DNA of 63,803 nt, the filler included, from Vannella sp. (lineage: Eukaryota): the NCBI GenBank assembly GCA_023345925.1. It is 8 parts of 8 records of this genome, joined end to end, with 100 filler letters (N's around TTAATTAATTAA, not from the genome) between each part and the next. Parts side by side here need not be neighbours in the genome. Positions count along the whole stretch, not along the records: positions 24,344 to 41,249 come from JAJQQN010000646.1; positions 41,350 to 48,528 come from JAJQQN010000372.1; 6 more parts are not named here. The stretch is one strand, 5' to 3'. Below are positions 35,205 through 47,919 of this stretch, one piece after another. The notes beneath the pieces are model-generated. The model ran no database searches, was not told the origin of the DNA, and saw nothing but the letters and a program-made list of their open reading frames with translations. The position numbers and the translations under genes are program-made. The first letter of the stretch is position 1, and each line of letters begins with the position of its first letter.

Positions 35205-37037
35205 ATGAGAGTGACGCTGGCCCTTGCCGTCCTCTTGATTGTGGCAACTGCTTCGGCTCGCCGTATGCAAATGAACCCCACCAACCGATTCTTCGACCCT
35301 GCTGTTTGGACCATGGGACGCGAGTCTCCCAGTGATGAGAAGCTGACCTTCTCCATCTTCCTCTTCCAGCACAACTTGGAGGCGTTGAATGAGGAGTTCG
35401 AGCGTCTGACCACTCCTGGGTCTCCTCAGTGGAGACACTGGAAGTCCATGGATGAAGTCAAGTCCATCACCGCCCCTCCCGCTTTCCAAAAGGCTGAAGT
35501 TCGTCGCTGGCTTAAGTCTGCCGGCATCCTCGAGGTCGAGGACCGCCATGACGCCTTCCTGGTGACTGGCTCTATCGAGTCCATCTCTCTCTTGTTGGAC
35601 ACCACCTTCTTCGAGTTCACTCACATTCCCTCTGGCAGTGTTGTCTCTCGCCAAGTGGGCGACTACGTTGTCCCCGAGCGTCTCCAACACATCATCCAGT
35701 TCATCACTGGCGTGTCTGAGTTCCCCTACGCCGTGAAGCGTTCAAGCTACTCCCGCAAGGTCGAGCTTGATGACAGTGCTGCCAAGGTCGTTCCTTACGT
35801 CATTGACCAACTCTACGGCATCCCCTTCGAACAGAAGACCAACGTCAACCAACGCTCCAGCGTCGGTGTTATCGAGTACCAGGGCGATACCTCTTTCTCC
35901 CAGACCGATCTGACCTACTTCCAAGCCCAGAACAACCTCCTCCAACAGCAGGTTCCCACCAGCCAGATTGTTGGTCCTTACACTCCTTCTAAGCCTGATG
36001 GTGAAGCTACTCTCGACATCCAATACGCCTGGGGTGTGTCTTTCAACACTTCTGCGTGGTACTGGACTGTGGAAGGATGGCTGTTGGAGTGGTGCCTTGA
36101 GTTCCAGTCCGCCACTGTCCGCCCCTCTGTTGTCTCCATGAGCTGGGGATGGACCGAGAACAACCAGTGCCAAATCACCAGCTGCAGTAACTCTGCTTCG
36201 TACGTTTCTCGTGTCAACACTGAGCTCCAACAGATCACCATGACTGGAGTCACCATCACCGCTTCTTCTGGTGACCAGGGTGCTCCTGGTGATGGCGACA
36301 ACACTTGCCGCAACAACCAACAACCCCTCAGCTCCATCTTCCCTGGTGCGTCCCCTTACGTCCTCTCCATTGGAGCCACCATGCTGGTTGCTTCCACCAC
36401 TACTGAGGCTGAGCGTCCTCACTACGCCAGCTCTGGATCTCAGCCTGTGCCTCCAATCTGTACCACTCAGACTTGCGCTGATGTAACAACAATGGAGGAG
36501 GTTGCTTGCTCGTACCCTGAGGCTCTCATCACCACCGGCGGAGGCTTCTCTAACTACAGCCCTCGTCCTTCGTGGCAGAACTCTGTGGTCACCAACTACC
36601 TCAACACTGTAGCCCCTGCTGACCTTCCCCCTGCTCTCTCTTTCAACGCTTCCAACCGAGGATTCCCAGATGTGTCCGCTTTGGGCCACAACTACCTCAT
36701 TCGCATCTCTGGCCGATGGGAGATCGTCGATGGTACCTCTTGCTCATCCCCTGTGTGGGCTGGACTCATTGCTCTTTGGAACGACTACGAGATCAAGTCA
36801 GGCCGACCCACTCTCGGCTTCATCAACCCTTTGATCTACCAGGCCTTCGCCAGTGATGCCACCAACTTCTTTGACATCCAAAACGGCAACAACAAGTGCA
36901 CTGAGTCCCTGTGCTGCGAGTACGGCTACGCCACCGCCCCTGGATGGGATCCCGTCACTGGTCTCGGCTCCCCCAACTTTGCCAAGCTCTACAGCTACAT
37001 CAAGGCTCAAGGTGCCAGCCTCTACCGACGCAAGTAA
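35205..37037 (+). CDS. Sedolisin (S53) protease, paralogue 2
   Basis: Signal peptide; EATLDIQY, ASSGDQG, GTSCSSP, GWDPVTGLGSP; highly similar to 30547-32397. Confidence 0.92.
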   Translation: MRVTLALAVLLIVATASARRMQMNPTNRFFDPAVWTMGRESPSDEKLTFSIFLFQHNLEALNEEFERLTTPGSPQWRHWKSMDEVKSITAPPAFQKAEVRRWLKSAGILEVEDRHDAFLVTGSIESISLLLDTTFFEFTHIPSGSVVSRQVGDYVVPERLQHIIQFITGVSEFPYAVKRSSYSRKVELDDSAAKVVPYVIDQLYGIPFEQKTNVNQRSSVGVIEYQGDTSFSQTDLTYFQAQNNLLQQQVPTSQIVGPYTPSKPDGEATLDIQYAWGVSFNTSAWYWTVEGWLLEWCLEFQSATVRPSVVSMSWGWTENNQCQITSCSNSASYVSRVNTELQQITMTGVTITASSGDQGAPGDGDNTCRNNQQPLSSIFPGASPYVLSIGATMLVASTTTEAERPHYASSGSQPVPPICTTQTCADVTTMEEVACSYPEALITTGGGFSNYSPRPSWQNSVVTNYLNTVAPADLPPALSFNASNRGFPDVSALGHNYLIRISGRWEIVDGTSCSSPVWAGLIALWNDYEIKSGRPTLGFINPLIYQAFASDATNFFDIQNGNNKCTESLCCEYGYATAPGWDPVTGLGSPNFAKLYSYIKAQGASLYRRK

Positions 37038-37092
37038 GCTTGTAGTCGAATAAACGCTTGTTTGACGTCATTTGCTGCTGCCCTCCTCTTCC

Positions 37093-40000
37093 ATGCCACC
37101 AGGAACCGCAGGGACGTCAGGACGGAAGAAGGGGAAGAGTAAGGTGGCTGTCCGCTTTGAAGTGGAGATCCACGGGCTCAGCGCCATCGACCCTTCTTGC
37201 GACTTCAACGGGGTCGTCTTCCACTGGAAGCGTTCTGGCACTCTGGAGGGCAAGGGCGCCTCGCAACCTGTTCTCCTTCACTCTCCAGAAACCTCTCTCG
37301 ATCCTGCGCGTGATATGACTCAGTTCGACATGATGTGCAACTAGTAAGGCTCGTTCTTGTCCCCTTTTCTACTTTTCCTCACCCTTTCGTGGAGCTTCCG
37401 TGACACTAGGACCGGAGAATACTCTCCTCATAAGAAGCTTAAGATTGGCCTTCAAGTGGAGGACATCCTGCGTGGCAAGAAGGGAGTGTTTGGAAAGTGC
37501 AGTGTCGACTTGAATGGTATCGCCAATGACGGTCACGTGGCTCACTTGACACTACCCTTGGAGAAGTCTACCTTTGCTAGACCTCCTTTGATCCACATGA
37601 CCATCCGTGCACACTGGGAGACGCTAGATGGCTTCGTTCTTCGCGCGGTGGCGGCTGATGGGCAGACAGAGCAGGACTCTAGTGCCCCGTCAGTGAAGCT
37701 GAGGGATCGCAAGAGCAAAGGGAAGATGTCTATGTTCCCCACACGTAAAATGGAGATTGAGGGGACTACGTACGAGATGTACGAGAACGACCGAGGAGCA
37801 GCTGCGGATGATTGTCCTTCTCTTCGCGAGTCCAACAACGATGCGGACACTGACATCGACTTTTCATGTGACGTAGGGTTATGTTACTTCATTCATACCA
37901 ACCACTGACCTATTGGCCAGGAAATAGACGACTATGACGATGCTTTAGGGGAGCAAGAGGACTTTACGCAGACCAAGAGCCCTTTGGAGAAGAAGGTAGA
38001 AGCTGCAAAGGCAGCTGTTCTGAAGCGCTCTATTGCTACTTCCCACTCTGAGGTGATGCGAGTGAGAGCCCGGTTCGAAGTGACAGTATTATCTGCCACG
38101 AATGTGCCAGAGGGCTCAGAAGGGAAGAGCTTCTTCGTCAGTTGGCGTCGCGGTGCCAAGAAGAAGAACTCTGGAAAGTCAGCAAACGGGTACTGCTGTG
38201 AGGGAGAAGTGCGTTGGACCAGTCTCAGTGATGAGCCCATTGCGGTGGTATCTTCGTTAGTACGGGATCCCAAAACGCACAAATTCGAGGAAAAGAGCTT
38301 GGCTTTGAACTTGAAACGCAATTCCAGTACAGGAGAAGGCAGCTCCTCCATTGGGCATGTCATTATTGACCTTTGTGACTTTGGGTCCAACGGAACAAAC
38401 ACTACAAAAGTGATTGATTTGATTCCTCGGTCGAGCAGCAGCACTTCTAGCAAGAGGAAGACCATTATTCGGAGTCTTGGCACTCGTCCAGACCCTTCTG
38501 GGATGCCCACCAAGTCCAGGTCGTCCTCGCGAGTGGATGGAAGCAGTTCTGGGCCAGTCGCTCAAGCAGTAGAGTTGGTTCCTCAGCTCGAGCTGAACAT
38601 CACTTGCGAGTATCTTGAGGAAGATGCAGAAGGCTCGGATGATGAAGAAGTACCTGCTTCTCCAAGAGGGTCAAAACCAGAAGAGCGTGGGAGAGCAGAA
38701 ACCCTTCCTTCTCGAGCTACCCACTCTGACACTGCAAGTTTGCTGGTCCCTTCTCACAAGTCTGGAACTGTTGCTACCAAGGCAGTTGCCAAAGTATCTC
38801 TTTTCGGACAACCTCTCCTTGACCAGCTCGTTCACTTAGGCATGCGAGTAGGGGCAGTACCACCAGCGTTCTCATTGCTTGTTCGTGGTATTGAGAAGTC
38901 TGGACTGGAGAGAGAAGGTATTTTCCGTCTCTCTGGACGAGGGGCACTTGTAAAGCAGCTTATGGATGCTCTGGAGGAACGCAGTCCTATGGGAATGAAC
39001 CCCGTTCCTTTGGATCTGAATGAGTACGGTCCACATGAGCTGGCAGATGTCCTCAAGAAGTACTTCCGTGCACTACCGAATTCACTTCTACCAGAAGAGT
39101 ACTATGATGAGTACCTAGCTGTTGGACAGGCATTTTTGAACGCACTTGGTCCTGTTGATGTCCAAGAGCAAGAGATTAAACTCTCACTCCTCTTGCAGAA
39201 GCTCCCTCCTGCTCACGCTGCCACACTTTATGAGCTTGTGGAACTGATGCACAAGGCTGTCCAGCTGTCTGACAAGAACAAGATGAGTTCAGAGAACATG
39301 GCCGTTGTCTTTGCTCCGACGATCATTCAGAAGAACTTTGACGATCCCACCCGCTTCCTGACGGATAACTCAAGCAAAGTGGCTTTTGTCAAGTTGCTTA
39401 TTTCCTACTTCCCGCGCTGGCACTTGTCTGCTGATTTTAGGGAGATAGACAGAAAGCTACTAGAGGAAGAAGACAAACTGTCTCCTGAGGTTCGAGTACT
39501 TCGGATGGAAGACAAATTGGCTCGCTCTCGGGCTGATATGGAGGCGCTTAAACGAGAGTCTGATGCCAAGGAGACTAAGATTCGCCGCTTAGAGCTTGTT
39601 GAGTTCATCATGCAAACTCCAACGCACTATAATGTCCAACAGGGACGATATCAAGCCGCTCTAGATATCTTCGGATTCCTACAGACAGCTCGTGCACTCG
39701 AGCCATTCCAACCCTCCTTCCTTTTCACAACAATTCAAACTTTGCAGACACTCCACCGGGTAAGGTCCCTCTTCTCAATCACCTGCAAGTCTGATTGGAG
39801 GATCTTAGAGAACAGTCCGTGATGTGCAAGTCAACGCCTTCTGGCTCTCAATTTGCGTGAATTTATTGGAGATGTGGCAAGCTGACGAGGACTTGTTCTT
39901 CACAGGGCGTGCCAAGCGCTTGGGTTTGGCAGCTTCCTCAAAGAAATTAGAGTATAACGCTCGTTTGTTGGAGCGCTGGGAGCCTGAGGAAGCCACTCTT

Positions 40001-40630
40001 ATCTCCAGTGGTGAGTTTGAGCAACAGTTTACGACCTTCACAATGAGAGTCTTCTATTCCCTTTGCCGTAACTTTGTTGAAGCGAATGAGCGAGTACTTG
40101 TTATCCTTTGCAACAGCACGACTACTTTCTCTGATGACGATAATCCACAGCAGACTTTCATTTGTGCAGCTGCCTCGTATCTCCAGGGAATCCTACGAGA
40201 GACTTTGCCAGATATCGTGGTTTCGCAGATCATCCGTGGAATGATTCGAGAGTCCGCAAGGTTCCTCCAACAACATGTTGCAGCTCGCAGGGAGTTATGC
40301 GGAGTTGACGCCGGACTTCAATTGAAGATGAATTGGACAATGGTTCTTCATGCCATCCGTGAGAACGCAACACTTTCTCCTTACTATACATCCATCGAGG
40401 AGGAAATGCAGCTCTTACATAGCCTGGCTAACTTATTAGTGAGCATGGGCAACTTCTCCATTGAAATGTTCCCCTCAGGAACCTCACTTCTTGAGTCCTT
40501 CCCCTTCCTCGATCCCTCTGGCATTGCAGATATTCTCGAACACTATTCCTGTGGCGAAGGCTCAGAAACACAGGCTCTGGCACTTCACAAGGCCAACCTT
40601 GTCGAGGAAATCCGTTCCCAAATCCCTTAG
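37093..40630 (+). CDS. RhoGAP with two NT-C2 domains and a C-terminal Dilute-like region (3 introns)
   Basis: RFEVEIHGL..FHWKRSG and RFEVTVLSATNVP..VSWRRG (NT-C2); GLEREGIFRLSG, LKKYFRALP, NKMSSENMAVVFAPT (RhoGAP); AFWLS and GLQLKMN (DIL-like). Confidence 0.8.
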
Positions 40631-40829
40631 CTTAATCAATCTGACTCCTCCTCATCAAACTTCTCCGCTCTCCCTCCCATTTGGGCAATCTGAGATGAAA
40701 TGCACATTCCCTAACTATATCACTTGGGAGGGGGATCTGTTGCTCGTTGATTGGTCATGACAGGACGATGAAACGTCATTTTAATGTCATTTCTGGGTGA
40801 ATGGACGGTTGCTCAAGCCATAGGCCCAA

Positions 40830-41249
40830 TCACTCTTGTCCAAAGGAGGCCAGTTTGGTCTCAATGCGCTCAATCTGTTGAATGGTCTCTTTGAGTTGCT
40901 CTTTGGTCATCTCAAAGCGGACCAACTCGTTGAGGGGGTCGTCTTCGGGTCGATCGTGTTGGCCAATGTTGAGCTCGACGATAGCTGTAGGCTCGTTGAT
41001 GCTTTCAACATATCGGCTCTTTGTCTTGACGTCAATACGCCATGAAAAGCGGCGTAAGGAGTCGTTCCACTTGCACTTATCGAGGATAGTTTGGTGCAAA
41101 GCAGGCTTCTTCAGCTTCCAGAACTTGATAAAGATCTCCTGCTGATCTTGTGTGAAGGGAGACTGGCAAGAGTGTCAGAGAAAGGTGTCCAAACTCCTAC
41201 AATGACTGAAAGGGGGGAGCAAAGGCCAACTGACCTTGGTGAGGAGCGC
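40830..41249 (-). CDS. COMM domain protein, COMMD1-like (5'-partial)
   Basis: WNDSLRRFSWRIDVKTKSR..NEPTAIVEL..VRFEM..L..I..I. Confidence 0.8.
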
Positions 41250-41349
41250 NNNNNNNNNNNNNNNNNNNNNNNNNNNNNNNNNNNNNNNNNNNNTTAATTA
41301 ATTAANNNNNNNNNNNNNNNNNNNNNNNNNNNNNNNNNNNNNNNNNNNN
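41250..41349. other. Artificial contig linker
   Basis: Same 100-nt pattern. Confidence 0.97.
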
Positions 41350-41877
41350 AACGCACCAATCTCATTGACTCACTCGGTTAAGCAGGCTTCGCGGTCCGCA
41401 CCAACCTTTTGGACTTGAGAAAGCTGCAAGAGCGCAAAGGAAGCCGCTGCACTCACTATCTCAGACGCCAAGCCAGAAGAGGGCTCTACTGCTGAGGTGA
41501 AAGACACAGAAGCAGCCCGCAAACTTCCGGTCCTTCTTCAGCAGACTACAAGTTTATTTGTCCTCAAATAATTGAAGCCTGATTTATTTCATTCCGCAGA
41601 ATGGAAGCAAAATTGATTTCCAAGAAATGACCATTTTTTGATGACTGAGGGAGACGCCCCTGTGGAGAAGCCAAAGTTGAGGATCTGTTGCGCATGTCCT
41701 GAGACAAAGAAAGTGAGAGATGAGTGCGTCTTACTGAAAGGAGAGACGGAGTGTGGCGACGCGGTGGAAGCGCACAAGGTTTGCTTGCGAAAAGCTGGGT
41801 TCGACGTCTGATCACGATACTTGCTGATGTGGAGCTGATAAAGCTCGCTACAAACTTTGATCCTGTTTATTCGTATC

Positions 41878-44800
41878 CTATTCCGCTTGAGGATCAACTG
41901 CTATGCAGCTGGAGAAGCGATGAAGTCCGCCGATGCGCAGAAACAGAGTTCTTATGTGGCCTCTTACTTCCTTGTTGCTAACCATCACCAGATTGGATAG
42001 GAGAGGGTACAGCTGTGGCAAGTGTTTGAGGAACTGAGAGCCGGGTCAACGTCACAACAAAGGAAAGAGGAGGTAGAGACTTACTTGGGCCTCCTGAATA
42101 GTTGATATACCACTGAGAGCTTGGAGCACAGTGGGAACCTTTGCAGTAGCATAGCGTGAAGGTGTTCCTTCCTTCTCATGGACGTGGAAGTCCTCCAGCA
42201 GCTCAGACACGACCTTGAACAGATTGTCCTCTGCACTGGCGACTCTTTCGGGGTCACTGTCGGCGTACAGACGGAACAGGATGCTCATTGAGATACAAAC
42301 ACTCGTATTCTCTTGCCTTACAATCAAAGGCATGATCGCTGAACGGCTATTTCGTCAGGAATGCTCCTCTCACGTTCATTTCTGGTACTTACATGACTTG
42401 CTCGCAGTCTTCCAGATGTCTGGCGTATTATTGACCAAGTGAGAGAATGAGTGGACTTCCGCTAACAAGTCCAGCAAGATAGTGAGGTGAGTGATGCTAA
42501 GTGAGTTATTGTGACGACTCGCAATGTCCCTAACAACGCCCAAAAGCTGTAAAAGAACATTGCTCTTTCCCGTTATCACGTGGATGTCATGTGGGAAGTA
42601 CTTGGGAGGTCTCGAGCGTTCTAGCTTCTGCTCTAAAGAGTCGTTTTGACCGGTAATCATGAGTGACACGACTCCTGAGGATTCACTCAGTTTGGATTGG
42701 TCTTTGCGAGCATCATTGTCTATCTCTTGGCCTTCCTCTTCTAGTGTGTCTGATGAAGGCACAACCAGTAGCTCAGTGGTGCGATTATGAGTGATAACAT
42801 ATCGCAAGGTCACACAGATTTTGAGCCACATTTCGGGCGTCCAGCGGTCTGCATTGTCCTGGACTAGTTGCAGGAAACATGTGGCACCAATAGAGGCTAA
42901 GTGATGGTTCTCCTGGAGCATGCAGCTGCTGAGAAGAGCCAAGCAGTCATCTAAAAGGAAGCTGACTCGATCGAAATAGTGAGTTACAAGCTTGACAAAG
43001 TGACTTAAAGCGTTCAAGCAAGTCGTGGTGAGCCACTCGCTGTCCTCTTTCAGTAGAGAGCCATCTCCAGAGTGTCGAACATTATCAAAAATGGGGAAAA
43101 GCACTCCTTTCAACACCAGATCCCAAAATCCGGCACTAAACAGCATTCCATACTTGTGTAGTTCACTGAAAAGCGTGTTCAGTGCCTTACTTCGAACGTC
43201 AAAGTGTGGATGAGCCACAGCCCGAGATAAACCAGTCAAAATAGGGAACCAAACCCGTAAATGAGCTTCAGAGTCAGTAAAGGCAATTCCATCCTCTCCT
43301 TTCTCAAAGGTAAAGACTTCTCCACGAGCCAGATGATCAGCACAAGCAGAAATCGAGGCAATGGCGAGGATGCTGGTCTCAAGAAGGTGCTTATTCTTGG
43401 CAAAGGCAACGAAACAGTTGATGCATTCGACAAAGAAACCCGCTGAGATCAAGCTGAAGAAGTCTGTGAGGATCTTTTGTGTGATTTCGAATACCAAATC
43501 GATAATAGACTGGTCGCTTTCATTAGCAGCCGAGGTGAAGGCCATAAAGATGCTCTTCCAACCGGATTTGATGTTATTCCCTCGAGAGAGAATCATTTGA
43601 GTTAGACAGCGAACAACCAACTCTCGAATAGCCAAATCCCTATTGTACGAGATGATGTACTCGAAAGGTTTCAAGAAGTCCTTTTGGAAGTGATAATTGG
43701 CCAGCTCATCCTTCTCGAGGAACTTCATAGCCAACTGTCGGAGAGAATCCACTGCGTACATCGAAACCAGTTTGTTCTGGTGCAATCCGACAGTCTTAAA
43801 ATGATCTGCCATTATGCCCCAGATGCGGGACCACACGAATCGGATACGGGTCATGTTGTAGTAGGCTATCTCAATGAGTTTTTGCAAGCTAAATGTTCGA
43901 GGATCTGGCCCTCCAACTTCACTATGAGACACTGCACATAAGCACTTGACAAAATAGACAATCGCGTTGTCATTCAGTTGGACAGTGTTCGAGAATATCT
44001 TATCAATCTCATCGACATTGATTTGTTCCGCCACTGAAGCGGCATTGATGTTCTCGAACATTCGGATGTTGACTGAGCCCTGGCTATCGCCTCTTCGTGT
44101 CTTATCAGGAGTGGAAGAGCCATCTTTCACTGCTGTAACAGACGCGGAGCGTTCGCTAGTACTAGCGTGGTCATGAGAGATTCTGGCAGAGCCTAGAATG
44201 TGAATCTTGGCTAGTTGAGAGATACAGCGGAGGATCTGAGTCCAGGAGTTCTGAAGGTAGTTGCCATCCCTGTTGGCAATGGAAATAAGACATTTGATTG
44301 CTTCGATATTCTTCTGCTTCATCTCTCGCATGTTGGACAGCAAAGTGAACTGAGAAAGCGAGCTGATGAAGGCGTCACGTTCTGTCTCCATAAAGAAGAT
44401 GCTGCTGACTCGCACTCCACACTGGAAGCCTTCTAAACAGAGCTGATAGACTTCCTTGTCCGTATCTTGAGAAGTCTCCAAGTTCATGCTAAGAGCAGCC
44501 AACATAGGACACCAGCACATCTCAAACATTGGCTTAACGTGCTGGATATTTGTTGACTTAAAGAAAACAGTTTTCTTTTGTAGCTGGTCATGGATAAGCT
44601 CTTGAGAGCGTTGTACAATGCTCTCGCTCTCCTTATGGAAGAGCATCTGGCGTTGTTTAGGGCTCAGAAGTTCTGCATTGGCGTACCGAGCAGCGATTGT
44701 CCCGTCTTCATCTCGCACACGGAGAGGATGAAGTGATACACTTTCATAGATCTCCGTCAAGAATCGTTCAGGGAAGTCTTTGCCGTCATTCAGTCCCATG

Positions 44801-47155
44801 TTGTTCTTAATCCACTCCGCCTTTGAGATTTTCTTTTTGATGGCATACGAGTGGAGGTCTGTGGCCAACATAATCACGTGGTACGCAAAGATATAAACTG
44901 CATCAGCGTTGGCAAAGATAAGGCTTTCATCCTCCTTCTTGTTGTCGTTGTAGTAGCGCTCAGCAAACTTTTCCATGATTGTGTCAATCTTGGCGCCTTC
45001 TCCAGGGAGGCGGAATCCCATTAAGAACCGACGCAACGCAGAGTATAGCTCCATGTCTTTGAAACGCTGCAGGTCGATGTAATCATACAGAACAGTCTTA
45101 CAGAATGGATTGCTGATGTCTCCAAGATAGTCTCCTACCACGGCGGGGTCCAATCCATCAGTTGTAAGGAGAAAGTGGGCAACTCCCTTCGAGGTGTTCT
45201 CGATGTGGCCAATGTCTGTGAGATACTGGACGCCTTTCTTTGCCTTGATGTTGAATAGCTGTTTTCCATGCTCTACCTGTTGCTTCAGATGCTTCTGTTG
45301 GGTAAACTGATCCATGTTTGCTGTATCAGCGGTTGGAGCTTGCGCTTCCAGCTTCTGTGCAGGCAAAGGAGATTCAGTTGTGGGAAGGTCTCCATCAAGA
45401 TGAGCTTCTAATTGCTCTGGAAGGTCACTACTCCATTGAACAAGCGATCTCATGATGGTAACAGTACATTCCAAGCCCAGCAATCGCACAGAAGCCTCTT
45501 GCTGCGTTAGAGGAGCCCCAGTTGCAATGTAAGTGCCTTTTGCAATGCCAGCCAATTCAGTGACAATCCTTTCAAAGATATCAGCAGAATCCATGTGGCA
45601 ATCAAAGTTAAGAAAGATGTCCACCAGGATCTGTGCCTCTTTGCATATCTTCTGTAGCAAGAGCAACACCACATGCTTCTGTTGAGTTGAACTGTTCGAA
45701 CTGCCCAGAATGCGGAGGATGATTTTGGAGAAATAAACGCCAATCTCGTTTCGTAGGTTCTCTTTGAACTTGACAATCACTCCATGGAAGATGCTTAATG
45801 TTGTTCGACACACTTTGATGAACGGAGAGACACCGTTCTGCAGCAGAGAGATAAAAAGATACTTTTTGATGGCGTTGTTGACAAACCGTTCGCTTCGTTG
45901 CAGCATTGGACCAGCATGAATAACAATCGATTCTAAGAGCTGCAAGGCCAGTAGTTTGCGTCTCATGTCCACAGAGTCGGCAGAAATCCTGGAGGAATGG
46001 AGTTAGACACAAATCTAGTTCATACTAACTGCTTTCCGAGCAACTTACGAGGCAGGAAGCTCTTTGGAGGATAACTTGCAGAGTGCCTTGAAGATGACAG
46101 AACAGTCTGTGTAGGCAATGTTGACTGCTGCTTGTCCAGTTGCCACATGAACTCGCTGTCCTTCATTCGGAAGTGAGCGAGGCGCCTCTCCTGGTTCTTG
46201 TGATCCAGTAGATTCTTCGCTAATCCCTTCAGCAGCCTCTTCTGCTAAAGGAGCGGGCGGAACAAGCTCTGCCTCTACCATCTCGTCTTTCTCGTCGCTC
46301 GCAATAGCCTCGAGGAAGATGTCTTCCATCTCAGGATCCTGTCCCTCTGTCTCTTCGTTCACAATAGGTTTAGGCTCAACAGTAGCCACCTCCACAGTCA
46401 TTGAATAGCCCTGTTCTGAAGCACGATCGCGTTCTTCCTGAGCAAAAGCAGCAGCCAACTCAAACCGTTGGAAGATGATCCCCAACATCTGCGTCAAAGT
46501 AGCCTTTGCAGTCGCTTGGTTGTCCCTGGAGCGGCTAACGAGATAGATGTTGAAGCATCCTCGAATGGCATTGACAAGAGAGTGCCCGTGGACGTCACAC
46601 TGCGTAGAAGATACTCCCGTGAGGAACGCCTTCATGATCTGCAACTGGACCTCATCATCTGTCGTCTCAAAGCAGTCTCCAATGACTTCGATGATCTTGT
46701 CCGTCAAGCGGACCTTTGGGTTCTCCGTATCACGGATAGACGGCCGAATAAAGCCGTGAGCCATGAGCTTTTGAAGACAGTCGAGTGCTTTCGTCATAGC
46801 ACGAGGTATCTTTGACTCACAAGCGAGCTTGAGGGTGGCGACAACGGTGTTGATCACCTTGTCCGCTTCCTCTCTATCCACCGGACTCGTTAGCGTGCTA
46901 GGAGATGAGAGAAGGTTAATCATACATGTGCTCACGCTTGTTACTCTTGGGCTTGACCCCCGCGGCTTTAACGAGATCTCCAAGCTCCTGTTAGCCCAAA
47001 CCACCCTTTCCTGGAACAAGCTTACCCAGGGCCGCGGCGCACGAGTCGCGCAGCGTCATATTCCGTCTTATCACAGCCTCTTTCATCATTCCCTCCAATG
47101 CCAAGGCTAACGAAGCACCAATCCCCTTCAACTCCCCAACCGGGACCGCCGCCAT
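41878..47155 (-). CDS. Brefeldin A-inhibited Arf GEF (BIG/Sec7 family), multi-exon
   Basis: DCB LKLACESK..ALDCLQKLMAHG; HUS FLNFDC; Sec7 FRLPGEGAKIDTIMEKFAERY, MLATDLH; HDS FSLQKLIEIAYYNM, QKDFLKPF, NIKSGWK. Confidence 0.93.
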
Positions 47156-47919
47156 GATGGCGGACAATTGAACAATACTTCAATACCCCAAAAATACCTT
47201 CCTTAAGCTGTAAAGGACAAGCCATAGAAAAGTTGTTGGTTACTACGTAATAATGACGTGATAACCATTTGATTCATTGATCTCCACTTCTGGCTTCGAG
47301 GGGTCAGACAGAGGAACAGCTGAAGCATCCTTTGAGTGAGCATCACTATGAAGCCTTTTGTCCCATGGCTGCAGAAGAAGGTGCAACGAACAGTGTCCGA
47401 AGAGACCAGTCACAGTCACCTGTCAGAGCATGCTGGGTGGTCCATCACGACTTTTGAACTGAATCGACACTGTCTCTGAGCCTCCCGTCCTTTGGACTGA
47501 AGAAATTCTTGACAGTTGGTTGTTTTGCGTTAGACCGGGACAACACCGCAAGATCCATTCGCCAACCTCGTCATCCACTTGAGAACTTCTTGGGTTTGGA
47601 CCACTGGGAGGAACCTTTGTCACGACGGGAGAATCCAATCCTCCATGAGCTATCCGATGATTGAAGTCAGTGATTAGGAAGAGCCGATTATCCTGATTTG
47701 CTCAGATCAAGCCCTCGATGCACTTGTGGTGCAGAGCTCCATTTGATTGCTCGCCTCATTACTGCGGAGTGGCAAAGGAAGATGTTTGTCCTACAAAGGA
47801 AAGCACAGAATGGGAACTCCCTCCACATGATTGAATATCCTCTCCATCCCAATCATTGATATGTATTCATGCTATTTCCAATTCTTGTGCTCCTTTCCCT
47901 TTGCTTCCCATTTCTGAGA

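Noticed and set aside
41400..41570. In-frame TGA in PTFWT*ESCK (possible selenocysteine or recoding)
   Set aside because: No recognisable selenoprotein fold or SECIS; other frames give ordinary terminal exons; TGA ends several genes here
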